Shown here piece after piece: positions 1 to 13,700 of a stretch of 64,000 bases of DNA; within the stretch, counting starts at the first letter, position 1, and every line of letters begins with the position of its first letter. Made by a program: the position numbers and the translations under genes. The notes beneath the pieces were generated by a model. It did not search any database. It worked only from the letters and a program-made list of their open reading frames with translations, and was not told the DNA's origin. This DNA comes from Takakia lepidozioides (taxonomy: Eukaryota > Plantae > Bryophyta), in the NCBI GenBank assembly GCA_030704615.1, contig CM060732.1, positions 19,530,001 through 19,594,000 on the forward strand, written 5' to 3'.

Positions 1-1204
1 TCCTGAAATCATGAAAGATGTACCCCATATCTATCTGGACCTTGAAATGGAGTAGACTATGTGTAGAATGTCTTGCAAATCTACACATTGAAGACTGAGG
101 ATATGTGGATCTCAATGTGGTGGACGAGTTAGATGGAGAAATCATGATCATGATCCTCATTAGAGATGAGGATCAATATGATGACATTGTCAAGTCCATC
201 CAAGGGCCTTTGGAAGTTACATGGATCTGTCTTACGTAGATTGACATTTGTAGTAATACGGATACTTCCGATCGCATACTATGTGTGTATTGATTTGCTT
301 AACGAAATTTTCCTCTTATTACAGGCAATACAGTGAAAATGGTTTGAGAATATCCACTTGAATTTCGGTAGCCCACTTTTTGACCAACTTATGCCCTGAG
401 CAAAGTTCAAGGCTACTACTGACGAATGGACTAGAATTTCCAAAACATAAGACTTCTGGAGGAAACTTGTCAAGGCATAGGGTCAACCTGAATCAGGCAT
501 GACACTGAAGTCGCTGGGCCCATGTAATCCTTGCAAATGGAGTAAGTAAGTAGGAAGCCCAGGCGAGGACTGATGATGCGTCTTTCTTACATTTTGCTCA
601 GCATTTAAGTTCCTCCTGCATTCTTTGATCGAGCAGGAGCAGGAGACAAAATGGTGCGCGGGGGTGATGGCAGTCGTGCAGTGGAGGGAAGGCAGTCCTG
701 CAAGGAAACGTGCCGCCGTTGTGCAGCACGTTTCTATTACCCAGGAAGAAAGAAACTTATGATTATGGATGGTTATAAGATCCCCTGGCACAGATGCCTT
801 CTTGTCTCCACACACGTGGCGTGCGAGGGAGGGGTGGGACCCCAGGGCACAGCCGTCAGGTCTGCCATCTGCTGAGGTGGCAGAGCAGGAGCAAAAGCAA
901 GAGATATTTTTTGCTGAGGTGGCTCGCAGGACAAAAAGGAAGAAGCACCAGTTGCACGTTCCTAAGAAAAGGCACCGCACAGTGCACGCCCTTCCTGTCC
1001 TTCCAAGAGCCCTTCAAATGAGCGCATGGGCACACAGATTTACCCTTCCAAAATAAAAGTTGCGTTCATTACAATCCCCTACATCAAACCTGCCACCTCT
1101 CGTAAGTACATAGTATAAGATTTCGACCTGGAAAATAGGCCAGCAAGTACTTGTACAGAGGATTTATGGGAGGCAAAAATCAAAAACTTCGCCAGACAGT
1201 GCTA

Positions 1205-1393
1205 GTAGTTGAATAATAATATAATATATGACGCCTCCCGAGGAAGCGTAAATTATGGTGTCTCTTGACCCAGAAGGGTTACTGCCTTCAGCTAGGAAGG
1301 TGGACACCTTTGTATCACCAATCGGTGGATTGAACCCACAAGCACTTCCGAGCTGGTATGTACCCATTACCACTGGGCTACAACTTGGTTGTC
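1205..1393 (-). mobile_element. Putative tRNA-derived SINE
   Basis: The minus strand reads TAGCCCAGTGGTAA (Pol III A-box-like) then GGGTTCAATCC (B-box-like) at tRNA-like spacing. It ends in a hairpin (ACGCTTCC-TCG-GGAGGCGT) and an AT-rich tail (TATATTATATTATTATT). No TSD confirmed. Confidence 0.4.
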
Positions 1394-3136
1394 CAATACC
1401 TGAATAGGAGGGAGCTTGATTTCACAATGCCGGGGACCCTCACACCTAAGTAAGGCTACCCGCCAGCACCGCTGACCAATATCCAAATCATGTCCGGGCC
1501 AGATTTGTCACACTAGAATTGTATCATTCTCCAATGGTGGCCCCGATCAGATGCCGTTGGAAAGCTTTCTTTTCCAACAAGAATCCATGAAGTTACTTGG
1601 GGTTGAAAAATTGCTGGCAACCCAAAAGAGGTCGATTAGACCTTTGGGTTGATATAGAGAGACATAACACGAACTGAAATTAGTGTAAATAAGCAAATTT
1701 TATTTTCAATTTCATTTTTGAACTTAGAGGTAGCTGTCCATCCTCATCTTTCTTGTGAGATAGTTTCAAGGATTTCCCACACACCCACGAAGAACAAGCC
1801 GCAATCTGCATTGAAAGGATCTATCTCCATAGTGAGGTGTGGTTTGGTGTTCTAAATAGTTTCTACTAGATAAATTTATATTATCTATACACAAATTGTA
1901 ATTGCTAGTTTCTAGCATGTCGGCCCAAAGTTTTCAAAATTTGAAAACCAAATTTTACTCAAAATCAAGCACATGCAATACCCTCACAAATGAGGCTCCA
2001 ACGACCTATAAGTGTCTAATTCTAAGTCTTATTACAATGGTGATTAAAGCCTACTATTCCAACTTAGGCATGAGCGCATTTGTTAATCTTATATTGTACA
2101 ATATGTATGCATCATTGTTTATGGTCGTGGACAATTTATGAACTATTTGCAAACACAATACGATTAACTATCTTTTTTTCTTCCTTGCTCCATTAATTGT
2201 AATCCAAAACCATAGCAATTTTCGGGGACTCGGTTAGTAACAAGTAATGGAGATGATTTTGCATTTTCTTGAGCAATTTTCTATTGCATAATCAGTTTGT
2301 TGATGAGATTCTACTTCACTATGTAAGCTGGCCACATCCGGTATGAAAATCGTTCATTCACTAGCATTTTTTATTCTCTCTTGCATACATGTTGATGATG
2401 TGTGTCTTATCATGTACGATGAACAAGATGTATGATGTAGAAAGCATACAAGTGATAGCGGCACACTTCAGGTATGATTCTGGATCTAGATCTCCCAAGA
2501 TCTTACCATGTATGTTGTAGGAAAGTATTTTTGATCAACTTATCCTACTCTTACTGGCTCTCTGCAAGACAACGTATGGCTAGTTTCTTCCACATATTAG
2601 TTATCTTTCTCCAAAATCATCTCTCCAACTTTAGACTAGCAAAACGGTCAGTTTCTCAAGTTGGGACCATATCACACATCAGTGATTACCCCAAACATTA
2701 ATTCCCCACATTTTTCCTTCCATAATATAGAAGTGTATGCTAGGCTTGGAGTTTTGAGCATGAGCATAAATCGCTCTGTCGAACCTCCTTCTTTTTTGCA
2801 CAAATGAGATTCCAAATGGTAGTTGCGAAGCCATGGTCGTGTCTCTTTGATTATACACTTTTGACAAAGTAGACGGGATATCAAAAGTGACGAATGAACA
2901 AAGTGACAAGATATCAAAAGTCATATATGAACAAAATGAGATTTGTTAGTGCAATCTAGAGAAAATTTGAACTATAAATACAACTTGATATGTCTTTTTG
3001 CAATCTTGTATTTGTTCTTCTTGCTTTTTTAATCTAATCAATCTGGTGCTTCCAAAATGATTCAACCTCTCATGCACAAGCTTTAGATTGCTGCTCAGCT
3101 ATGTTTTATTTTTTAACAATTTGTCAGATCATCACT

Positions 3137-3166
3137 CACTACAACAGATTGCGGCTTTTATGACTC
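3137..3166 (+). repeat. CACTA left terminal inverted repeat
   Basis: Starts with CACTACAACA; 25/30 identity to the reverse complement of the right end. Confidence 0.95.
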
Positions 3167-4814
3167 CCATGGGTGTGCAGTCACGACCAATTTGTGGCAG
3201 AAATGCCATTTGCAGTCGTAAATGCCTTTTGAAGTCATAACATAGATCACGACGAAGCCGGTTATGCGACTGTATGACTCCGAACTTTGCGCAACACAGG
3301 TCAAACACCCTTTGACCAGGAATATTGCCATGGTGGATATGACTACCAGTCAGGGTCATGCCCATATGTGAATGACGTGTGCATATTGCTAGACGGACAT
3401 ATGACTTCATGACTGTCACTCTAATGTATTCTGCCAGATCATCACATGTCGTCATGACATGGAGAGTCTGTGACATGGAACAACTTATGAGGTGTCTACA
3501 TATGATTGGTTAAGTGGCTTTGATATTGTGGTGCGAGGGATGCAAGTGAAGGGAACGGTTGCACACGAAGCAGCTTAGTAGGCCGTTGGCGCTTTGTGGA
3601 GAAGAATGGAACGTGAAGCCAACATGCTAGAGAGGCGATCTGGAACCGCATCTGTTTGTAACGTTACGTTCAAATGGCGGCGTGCATTTTAGTGTTTGTT
3701 GATCGCCGACAACATCAAAAGCAAGCCTCATACTGCGGAATGATAGACGAACAAATGATGCATTCAGGGGATAGATAAATTCATGCAAATCAAAAAATTC
3801 ACTCATGAGAGTGATGCAAAACATGGGCTCAACAAAAGTCTTTGGGCAGTGACCAAGAACACCAACAAAATATGAAATCCAATACACTCTAACATATTGC
3901 CTTGTGCATGTCGTCCCTGTAGTAGGCCATCCCGGAGCTCCACGCCGTGTGCTACTGGAATAGAAGCTTGGCAATACGGTCTATTCCGATCCACCCACTT
4001 TGCCATGGGGGGGTTTTCTAAGAATGGGAGAGCCCATGAATTCAGCTTCTTGTATGATAAAACAACTGAGATAACAGCTCATGTTGTTCTCTCTAATGTA
4101 CATATCCCCAATGACCTGCCCCAAGCTAGAATAGCAGCAGGATGACATCAGGGAATAATGATGTGGTGCAAGGCATGGAACACCTGCAGGGCAGCAACAT
4201 TGTAATGTTGAATGTACTGCACCCTGCTTGAGCCATTCACAGATGGGGGACTATACAAGTGAGTCACATGGTGTTAGCTGGGGCATGAGAGAAACTGCCC
4301 ATAAAATGCATCTACGCAAATAACCCACTCAACCAGCCAGAGCATCATCTATGCGGATTGCCAGATTCTTTTGGGGAAAAATGAAAATATGATAAGTAGG
4401 GACCAAGCTTAAAAGCACTCCATTGGTATTCAATGGTCCATAAACACGAGCCTGCCCAATATAAGACCCACAAAATCACTGGGGCAATTATGTAATGTAA
4501 ACTGGAAGGCACATGCACTTTGTCAACAATGTACCCAAAGGCAGAACTGATGTGTAAATTTGCATGCCGTTCCAAAGTCTATAGTGACATAAATGTCATG
4601 ACACGTTGCCAGACAGACACGCCATGTAAGTTGGACACCTCCAACACCCTGCAAAAAGGACACCCCCAAGGGCAACCCTTAGTGCCAGTCTTATGAATCC
4701 CACATTATTCATGAATCAACCGGGATTACATATTCAATTTTGCCCAATACCACCCTTCATATACTTGAGATAGAGGAAGGCAGTTGGGGGGGAAGTCATA
4801 CCTCATTCTAGGTA

Positions 4815-7800
4815 CTAGTACACATCCACATCAACCAACTCCTCATCACTGGACTCTGAATCTCCATCGCAACTGTCCTCCGTGGGACATGGATGTGCTT
4901 CCTCAGATCGCATGTCTCTGTAAAGTGAAGCAACCTCTTCAGGTGTCACTTGGATGGTCTGGCCCACCCTGTCACTAGCAACATTGGTCTCTTCAATGTG
5001 ATTGGGGGCTAAGAGGCCTGATACACTTGCAATATCATCGTTGCAAATGCTCACATCAGAAACAGCCCTGCGTGACCTGGGGTTTTTTTCCAGCACCACG
5101 TTCCATCTCGGTTCATTCACACACTCAGAGAAAAAAACTTGCTCGACCTGTGATGGGAGCACAAAAGGCTGTTCAAGTGGAGGCAACAAGTGGGAGAAAT
5201 TCACCAATGTGAAGCCAGACTCGTCCTGCTTCATTGACACAGGCTGAGAGCCCACACGTCGTGCACGTACCCATGAACACAATAGCACCGTGGTGTTTGT
5301 GGAGCCATAATCCAATTCTAAAATCTCCTTTATGACACCCACATACCGTACGCTTTCCACCACCTGCTCACGGTCAATGCAAGTACTGTCATGCTGGAAA
5401 ACAGTAGAGACCCCCGAGTCATATGTCACAAAGGGGCTGTTGAGTCCATCTGAAGTAACCCTGAAGTGGTTTCCATAAGCCGACATGCTCTTGTATGATG
5501 TTGCGATTACTGATGGGGGTTTGGACATGTCCAACAATTCCTTGCAGGCTGAATCAGTAGCATGGTTGGCAACACTTGACACATGCTGGCGGACTGCTTT
5601 TACCAGCCATTCTGCAAAGTGAGGGAGAGCACGGATCTTGTTCTGGTTAGTAGCATTTTCAGTCTCCAACCTGCATTTCTCCACCTCATAGGACCTGCCA
5701 ACACACGCACAACCACAGAAATTTATCTAGTGCAACCCCTGCAGCCGATGGAAGAACTACTGCACACACACCTATACAAAGCATACCCATGCATAGCAGG
5801 TACCAGAACGTTTGCCACTTACCCCAACATAATGCTCAAACTGGGATGGTTGTGAATGACGTAGTCGTGGACAAGCTGCAACAATTCGAGGGTCAACCTC
5901 CGTGGTCGACCAACTCCTTCCAATACCCAGCCCGACACTGATTCCTCCTCTCCTGCATCCCACACTCTCCGCCTAGTAGCATCAACAGAAGACAAGTACT
6001 CTGTACAAAATCCCAATGCCTCGTCAAACACGTAGCCCTCCGCCATACTGCCCTCAGGCTTCGCCAAGTTTCGCACATACCCTTTAAAATCCTTCATTGC
6101 TCTCTCCACCGGGTACATCCACCGAGAAGCTACAGGTCCACACAAATCCACCTCATCCACCAAGTGGATAAGTAAATGTGTCATAACATCAAAAAATGAG
6201 GGTGGGAACTCTTTCTCCAGAAGACAAAGAGTCACTGCCACCTCCTTCTTCAATTCCTCATGCTCGGTGGGATCAATGAATTTTGCACAAAGCTTGCGAA
6301 ACACACGGGACACTCTTAGTATGGCATTGCGAACCCCAGGCGCCATCAACCCACGTAGAGCAAGTGGGAGGATCTGTTGCATTAGCACGTGATAATCATG
6401 TGACTTCAATTGGCTCAACTTTTGTTTGACCACATGTTTTTTGAAAGCAGAGGCATAGCCAGTGGGTACTTTCAGATTCGTGATAATCTCCAGGAACACC
6501 CGCTGCTCTGGTTTTGTGAGCACATATGGCGCATCAGGCATTACCAATGTATCCACTCTGGTGGGATGGCGTCGTAACCAAAGAGGCTTTCGAATGCCCT
6601 GCAATTCCATATCGCGGCGAACTTGCATCGTGTCCTTCTCGCCGAAAATAGTCTTGATTATGTTCTCCGTCACGTTCTTCTCGCAATGCATGGTATCAAA
6701 AGTGTGGCGGATGATAAGATGCTGCACCATGTGGTCTAACAAATTAGGCACATTGCAATGCAGTCATGAATGATGTTTACAGCACAGGTTCAGTAAACAA
6801 ACAATCATGCACAATGAAAAACCAATGCACTGTTTTGTTCCCAAAACACATGTGTGGTAATCGCACCTCCCAGTAAGGCAAGTCAAACAGAATGGACAAT
6901 CGTTTTACGCCATGGAGCTTGGAGGGATCGTTCTGTGCGCCTACAGTCCCACCATCATCAATCCATTGTTTGTAATGTCGTGCACGCTCCTTGATTTCGG
7001 TGGCTGTCACTGTATGTGGAGCAGGTCTCATGTCTCGCGCCCCATTAAAAAGTCTGGATCTTCTATAGGCATGATTGTGGGGAAGATAGCGTCGATGCCC
7101 CTGGAATATCAATTTCTTACAAGCTGGGGAATATCTGGAATCGACTTGAGGTCCACATGCTGGACAAGCACAGTACCCTTGGTGAACCTGACCTGATAAC
7201 AAGCCATAGGCGGGGAAGTCATGTATGGACCACATGAGGACTGCACGCATGTTAAAAGCCCGCTCTCCTTCAATGGCTGCCACATCCACGGCTGCAACTC
7301 CCACCCACAATGTCGTTAGCTCCTCCACTAGTGGTTGCAGGTAAACATCCACATTTTCACTTGTCACAGATTCCTTTCCAGGAATGAGGAGTGTTAACAT
7401 GACAAAAAAATTCTTCGTTACCAACCATGGAGGTAGATTATAATTGAGCACCATGATGGGCCAGGTGGACCAAGAAGTGGATTTGGTGCCATAAGGATTG
7501 ACCCCATCCAGTGCCAATCCAAGACGCAGATTTCTTGGATCTGAAGCAAAATCCGGCCATGTGTTGTCAATATGGCACCAAGCCTTACTGTCTGCAGCAT
7601 GCCGGACCATGCCATCTGCACTTCTATGATTGTTGTGCCACTTCATGAGCTCTGCCAGCGTCTTAACTCGAAACATCCGTTTCAATCTAGGTATGAGAGG
7701 AAAGTATCGCAACACCTTCTTGGGCACCTTCCCACGGCCGTCCATGTATCGACGACTATGGCACTTGGGGCAATTAGCAGCCTTTTTGAGGTCTCCACGA

Positions 7801-9349
7801 AACAATACACATCCACGCTCACAGGCATGGATCTGTTTGTATCCTAGACCCATCATGGCGATCATATTTTTGGCCTCATACTGCGATTTTGGCAAGGTGT
7901 TTTGTTTGGGCAAAATCTCCAGCCTCAACAATGAAAATAACTCATCCACAAATGCGTTGGTACATCTGTGAGTGGCGCAAGAATTGAGCAACATCAATGT
8001 GGCAGTCAATCGGTTGTGAACGCTCCCATCGTATAAGGGGATTTGGGACTCTCGCATGAGTTTTCCATGGTGAAGATCATTTGGCGCGCCTGCTTCTTCT
8101 CCGCCCATATTTTCCCCATCAGGCATTTCAGAGGGATTTGCGCCATTCTCAACAGCCTCATCATTGTCCAAGTGAAGGGCATTTGGGGCAGGTGTGGGAT
8201 TCTCCCGGAGGGTATCTGATATTTCAAATGCATCTTGCACAGCACGGGCAATCTGGCCCCGTAGCCCATTGCCGTCTTGTCCATCCAAATTGACGTCGTT
8301 TGCAACACTCTCTAGGCTACATTCAGCCTCCACTTCAGAGTCGGATGTAATGTAGCCCTGTGAACGCAAATGAAATCATAAATTGGGATACGATGAACAG
8401 GCTTTTTTCAAAACTCCCAGATTATGAAATTTCATTTAAACACTGTCATGTAAGCAAACACTTTGTAGAATTGCACTAGTTCAATACAGGTGAATGCTAC
8501 AAGTCTCCCCCGCACTTGCGAATCAGGAGACGAAATTGGTCGGCCACAGACTTCATTTCGAAGCAGCTTGTGGAGCTCAGACACAAACACAAATGAAAAC
8601 TACTCTCATATAATACGGCAAAGTAGGAACACAGTTTTCATCGAAAAACAAAACAAACATACCCTCTGTGATAGAGGGAGACATCCCCACATACAGACAG
8701 CTATCTGCACAGACCAACAAAGTGAAAGCTCTCAACAAATATGCCCAAGTGGGCAGTGCGTTGAAGGCATGACACATGGCAACAAACTGCCAAAAGCCCA
8801 AAATGCATATTGCCTTCACACATGGCAGTCAACAACGACCATGTAGTCATGACCCTGACTACATGACTCCAGTACAACCAATGGAAGAACACCACGTAGT
8901 TGAAATGTCCATGATCCACGGTCATGAAGTCATGGACATGACTACTCTGACGCACTACCGACTACATGACTCCATCACTACGACTCCATGACTCCAATAC
9001 ATCCAACGGAAGAACGACACGTAGTTCGGACTCCAGTCACTCCCACGACTGTCCAAAATGCGGACATGCGCGGGCGTGCTGCGAGCATGTCAGAGTGCGT
9101 GCGTCGTGCAAGGCGTACCGGGACTGTACACTGTCGAAGGTTTGGGTCCCTCCCATACTTTGTTAGGTGTTTTTTGGCCATCGGTAGAAACTGCGAGATC
9201 CCTCCATGGCATATTTTGCAGTTGCACAATATTTTGCGGTGCCCTTGTGCAATGGCATGCGCCTCCTCTAGTCGCCACAGTTTCTCATCTTTCCTGCGCA
9301 CACGGAGTCGTTGAGCTGTTAGCCGAAACCCCGCTCTCGTTGTATACAT
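4815..9349 (-). CDS. CACTA TnpD transposase (Transposase-associated Zn domain + Transposase_21 + DUF4218 + DUF4216-like), 4 exons, about 1166 aa, apparently intact
   Basis: Exons 9349-9119, 8357-6867, 6721-5823 and 5694-4815 are joined by GT-AG introns with compatible phases (3501 nt). Motifs: ILCNCKIC..HLTKYG, LRYFPLIPRLKRMF, DPRNLRLGLALDGVNP, HDFPAYG, DTMHCEKN, LKSHDYHVLMQQILP, RWMYPVER. The start codon is uncertain. Confidence 0.9.
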
Positions 9350-11944
9350 TGTACTTACACAGGGGGTGTGCAAGGGTCTTTGCAGCTGATGTCAGACTGC
9401 CATGGTCAGGCCCTCCCCGTGCGGTCCTCTGACTGCGTATGAGAAGCTAAGGGAGACCTGCATTGCTCGCAACAAAGAGGTTGAGGCGGAGTTGTTTGGT
9501 TCGCACCCACTGTGAGTATACTGAGAGGCGGCTCACCCTAGTGTTGTGGCCTAAATCTCGCAGGAGAGCATTCCACCTCAACCGGAGTGCTCAACTGACC
9601 CGAATACTTTAGTTTGGGGTTGTCAGACATCGCATTGCAGGGGCTTGTCATTAGGGTTTTTTTTTTAAAAATGTGAGAGGTCTACGGTTTAGCCTGAAAT
9701 TGCCCGCATCCTTGTCTTTTGGGTTTACGAGTTTTTCTACATTCCCAGTGTTGGGATTGCATTGCTAAGTACACAGAATGATGGTTGTGAGGCGACGCCT
9801 GTCTCCACACTATCATGGCGCACCATGAAGAGAGCGGGATTGGTTAATTTCTTCATGGGGCGAGGATTGCAGGCTTCTTGCTCCGAAACCAAAGCGTGCT
9901 TGCCGTCGACCTCCACTACCCACGGGACCACCCAGACGCAGTGGAAGGCTAGAAACAATGGCCGACGAGGCACGACAGTATGTAGACGAAGACGAGGAGG
10001 AGGATTTGTTGTGTGTCCCTGCGGGCGAGCACACTGGCGATTCTAGCGAAGATATTCTTCGCCACCCAGCTCCTGCACCCTCGCTTCCCCAGAAACGCCC
10101 GTCGCCGGCAAAATCACCATCTGTAAGCACCTCCTCACTATGACGCCACATCTTCAGCATTTCTATGCATTCACATGCTCAGCATACCCATGAAGGAAGC
10201 ATGCAAATGTACAGAACGTGTCTGAGACTTTCTTAGCATTCCAGGATGTAAATGCACTTCCCACACAGAAGAGGTTGAAAGGTGGAAGCCACAGAAAATC
10301 TGGCAGTGGACGTGGCACAACTTTGAATGCAATCACATTTGGAAAGTTCTCACTTTGGGAATTTCACATTGGGGAGATGGCATTGCTAGAAAAATTGGGA
10401 TGTAGGAAGGAAGGGATGCCCGAGCATATAGGCAGTGAAACCCCACAATGGGATAGGAAATCAACCCCTTTTGCTATATCTTCATCGTGTACATAGTTTG
10501 GGTTAAAGTCAAAGGCTCTTACTAAGAGGTTGATACATAGTGATGTTTCTGTTTACAACTAAAATGCAATGTCCATTCAAATGAGTCCATCTACCCACTG
10601 ATGCAAGTACTTGTATGCACGCTTTGATACAAGCATGCCAATGGTTTTTGAGGTCTCCCCACTAGGTAGGCTTTGGAATTGGCCATGTAGATTTGGCTCA
10701 GCCCCCACTTTTCTGAATGGGTAAACAGAAGTGTGGGGCACCTGATGAGTCTGAGGGGATGAGGACCTGCTCATAGGAGGATGAGTACAATCAAAGCTTT
10801 AAAATGGCAGGTGCACGGCGTTAATTTGTTCTAAGTTGCCATGATTTCATTTGAATGCTTTGATTGACTTTAATGTTTGAATTGGTTTTTATTCTGTGCA
10901 GGCCAGGAAGAGGCGAGCTTCCATCGAAGGCGCTGCAGCTGTGGTGGGCAGTCCATCGGGGCGGGGGTTGTTCAAACAAGTCAACCCTGCTACAAACAAG
11001 TCCCCAAGCGCAGAACGACCACCTCCACGACCTATTCCACAGTACCCTCCGTACACACATTACCCACATGCCTACCCCACCCCCGATCAGTATGGCGCTG
11101 CGGGCCCTTACAACCCGCACATCCAATACAAGCCCCCTCCAGGTGGTTACCCACAGCAGCCATATGCCCATTCTCCTCCACCTATTCCCCCTTACCTCCT
11201 AGACCCACATGCTTACCCGGCATCTACACGTCCACCATACGAACCTTTTGGGCCATACGGTGGGCGATACTGTCCCGCCCCCCATTCCCCATGGCAACCC
11301 CCAGCTGCCCCACCACCTGAGGTGGCAAAGGAAGAGACCCCTATGACCAAGAAGGAGCGAGCTAATGCTTTGAGGCGGGCGAACAGGCGTGCCAGGGCAG
11401 AGGCAATCCGAAACCATGATGCGCGAGACGAAGATGGACTCCCCCCTCAAGTGCTTCCGGTTGACAAAGCTGGAGAGCCCATTGGACCAGCACGCAATAC
11501 CTGGCATGCAGCCCTCAAAGGCCAGATGTGGCGTTTGTGTGACATGTCAATGCATATTGCAGCGCAGGATGAATCTGTCATTGAAGAAATATATAGGATT
11601 CTAAACTCTACATTTGCGTACACGCCACGTGGTCTTGACTATGAGCACATGAGGAAGACACTTGGCATTGCCTTGAAAACCCAAAGACACGAGATCCATG
11701 CAATGTACAAGGCAGGCGAGGGGAGGCCTGCGCATCTGAAGGAAGCTCATTGGGACAGGCTGGTATCGTATTGGCAGACAGCAGGATTCAACGCAAAAAG
11801 TGCCCTCATGAAGGTTGCAAATTCATCAATCAAGAAGCCTTCAAAAACAGGACGTGGTGGGAAGGCATCTGTTGAGGCTCGGCTTGTAAGTTCACACACC
11901 AGCCTTTTTGCCCTCTTTGCCTTGGCTGATTGTTGTTTATAATG

Positions 11945-12651
11945 TGAAACAGGCTAAGTCCTGGCAGAAGAGAGTAGAAAAGATTCTCAAGGACCTGGAC
12001 CTGGATCCGCAAGTATTGACCCAGCTGGATAAATCTGACTTAGAGGCTGTAGTGTCTGAAGGCATGTCTGTTGCCATCAGATTGTCTGATGAAAATGAAG
12101 TTAGGCAGAGAACTTCCCTGAAGTTGTTTCCAGTCAGTGACATGGGGGTGGACATCTTGGATGACCTCAAGGGTCTACCCACAAGTTGGAAGTAGACTGA
12201 AATTTAAACTCAGGGCAGGAAGCCTACCTTTGAACAACAAACAGAAGCAGAGAGGAAAGGGAGAGGTGCAATTGTCCGTAGTGTGGGCAATCTGAAGACA
12301 ATATTCATTTTCTGATACACTGTCCGGGGTTCTCTCACCAAAGAGACGTTGTCTTCAATTCAATCAAGGGAATTGTGCCTGTACCCCTGTTTACCAACTT
12401 TGAAACTCTCGAGGCTGAGCCAAAAGCCGCGGCCCTCCTGAGGCCTAGTTTTGGGGCAAATCACACCCAGCAGATTGATGCTTGTGTGAAGGGTTTTCTA
12501 GAGGATATCTGGAAAACCCGGATTAAATCTTTATATGAAGGTAAGTCTTACTACCAACGTCAACCCCTGACTGAGGTAGGTTCTGTTCCTTTTGTTCCCG
12601 CTCAAACTGGGCGTGGGGTCAATGGCCAGAAGGCGTCTTATGAGTACAATG
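11945..12651 (+). mobile_element. 5'-truncated non-LTR retrotransposon (RTE/RTEX-like 3' part) in a CACTA ORF2 intron
   Basis: Near-identical to 13120-13700 and carries the zinc-knuckle-like EDNIHFLIHC region and a 3' UTR. Flanked by the 7-bp direct repeat TATAATG (11938-11944, 12652-12658). Confidence 0.75.
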
Positions 12652-12849
12652 TATAATGGGGTGTCCATTTCCCCCATTTTACACCATGTTAGGAGGGAAG
12701 TACGAAGTGCCACCAGGCTTTGTCATTGAATTCTCCAAATTATGTCCCCGGCAATCAGGTTTTTCTTGAAGGGGTGTTGCCTGTGGAGTGAACTAAAGTG
12801 TTCATTCACCTTGTCGCAAGGTGCTTGAAGGCTTTTCTTTAAGGGGGGA

Positions 12850-13700
12850 CCTGCCTTGGAGTACAGATCTGCTATATGGGTTGATAGCTCCAACCAGGCT
12901 AAGTCTCTAGAATCCATTCAAGTGGGGGTGCTTAAGGAGTGTATGTCAGCATGCTCCAAAACAGCCAATGTGGTTGTTCGGGGTGAGTTTGGCATTCCAT
13001 CCTTAAGCTCCCGACGAGATGAATTCAAGGTCAGATGGTGGGGTCAGCTGCAACATATGCCCAACACCAGATATCCTAAGTTGATCGACTCTATATCTTG
13101 GAAACAGGACCGCCCTGTCAAACAGGCTAAGTCCTGGCAGAAGAGAGTAGAAAAGATTCTCAAGGACCTGCACCTGGATCCGCAAGTCTTGACCCTGCTG
13201 GATAAATCTGCCTTAGAGGCTGTAGTGTCTGAAGCCATGTTTGTTGCCATGAGATTGTCTGATGAAATGAAGTTAGGCAGAGAACTTCCCTGAACTTCTT
13301 TCTAGTCAGTGACATGGGGGTGGACATCTTGGATGACCTCAAGGGTCTACCCACTCTCGGCACTAGACTGAAATTTAAACTCAGGGCAGGAAGCAAGCCT
13401 ACCTTTGAACAGCAAACAGAAGCAGAGAGGAAAGGGAGAGTGCAATTGTCCGTTGTGTGGGCAATCTGAAGACAATATTCATTTTCTGATACACTGTCCG
13501 GGGTTCTCTCACCAAAGAGACGTTGTCTTCAATTCAATCAAGGGAATTGTGCCTGTACCCCTGTTCACCAACTTTGAAAGTTGAGAGGCTGAGCCAAAAG
13601 CCCAGGCCTTCCTGAGGCCTAGTTTTTGGGCAAATCACACACAGCAGATTGATGCTTGTGTGAAGGGTTTTCTAGAGGATATCTGGAAAACCCGGATTAT
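12850..13700 (+). mobile_element. Second fragment of the same LINE family (RT C-terminal region)
   Basis: PALEYRSAIW...VVRGEFGIPSLSSRRDEFKVRWWGQL is a typical LINE RT C-terminus. It shares about 570 bp with 11945-12524 and lacks the 3' UTR. Confidence 0.75.

Noticed and set aside
1-1100. Short ORFs at the window start
   Set aside because: No recognisable motifs or consistent splice structure.
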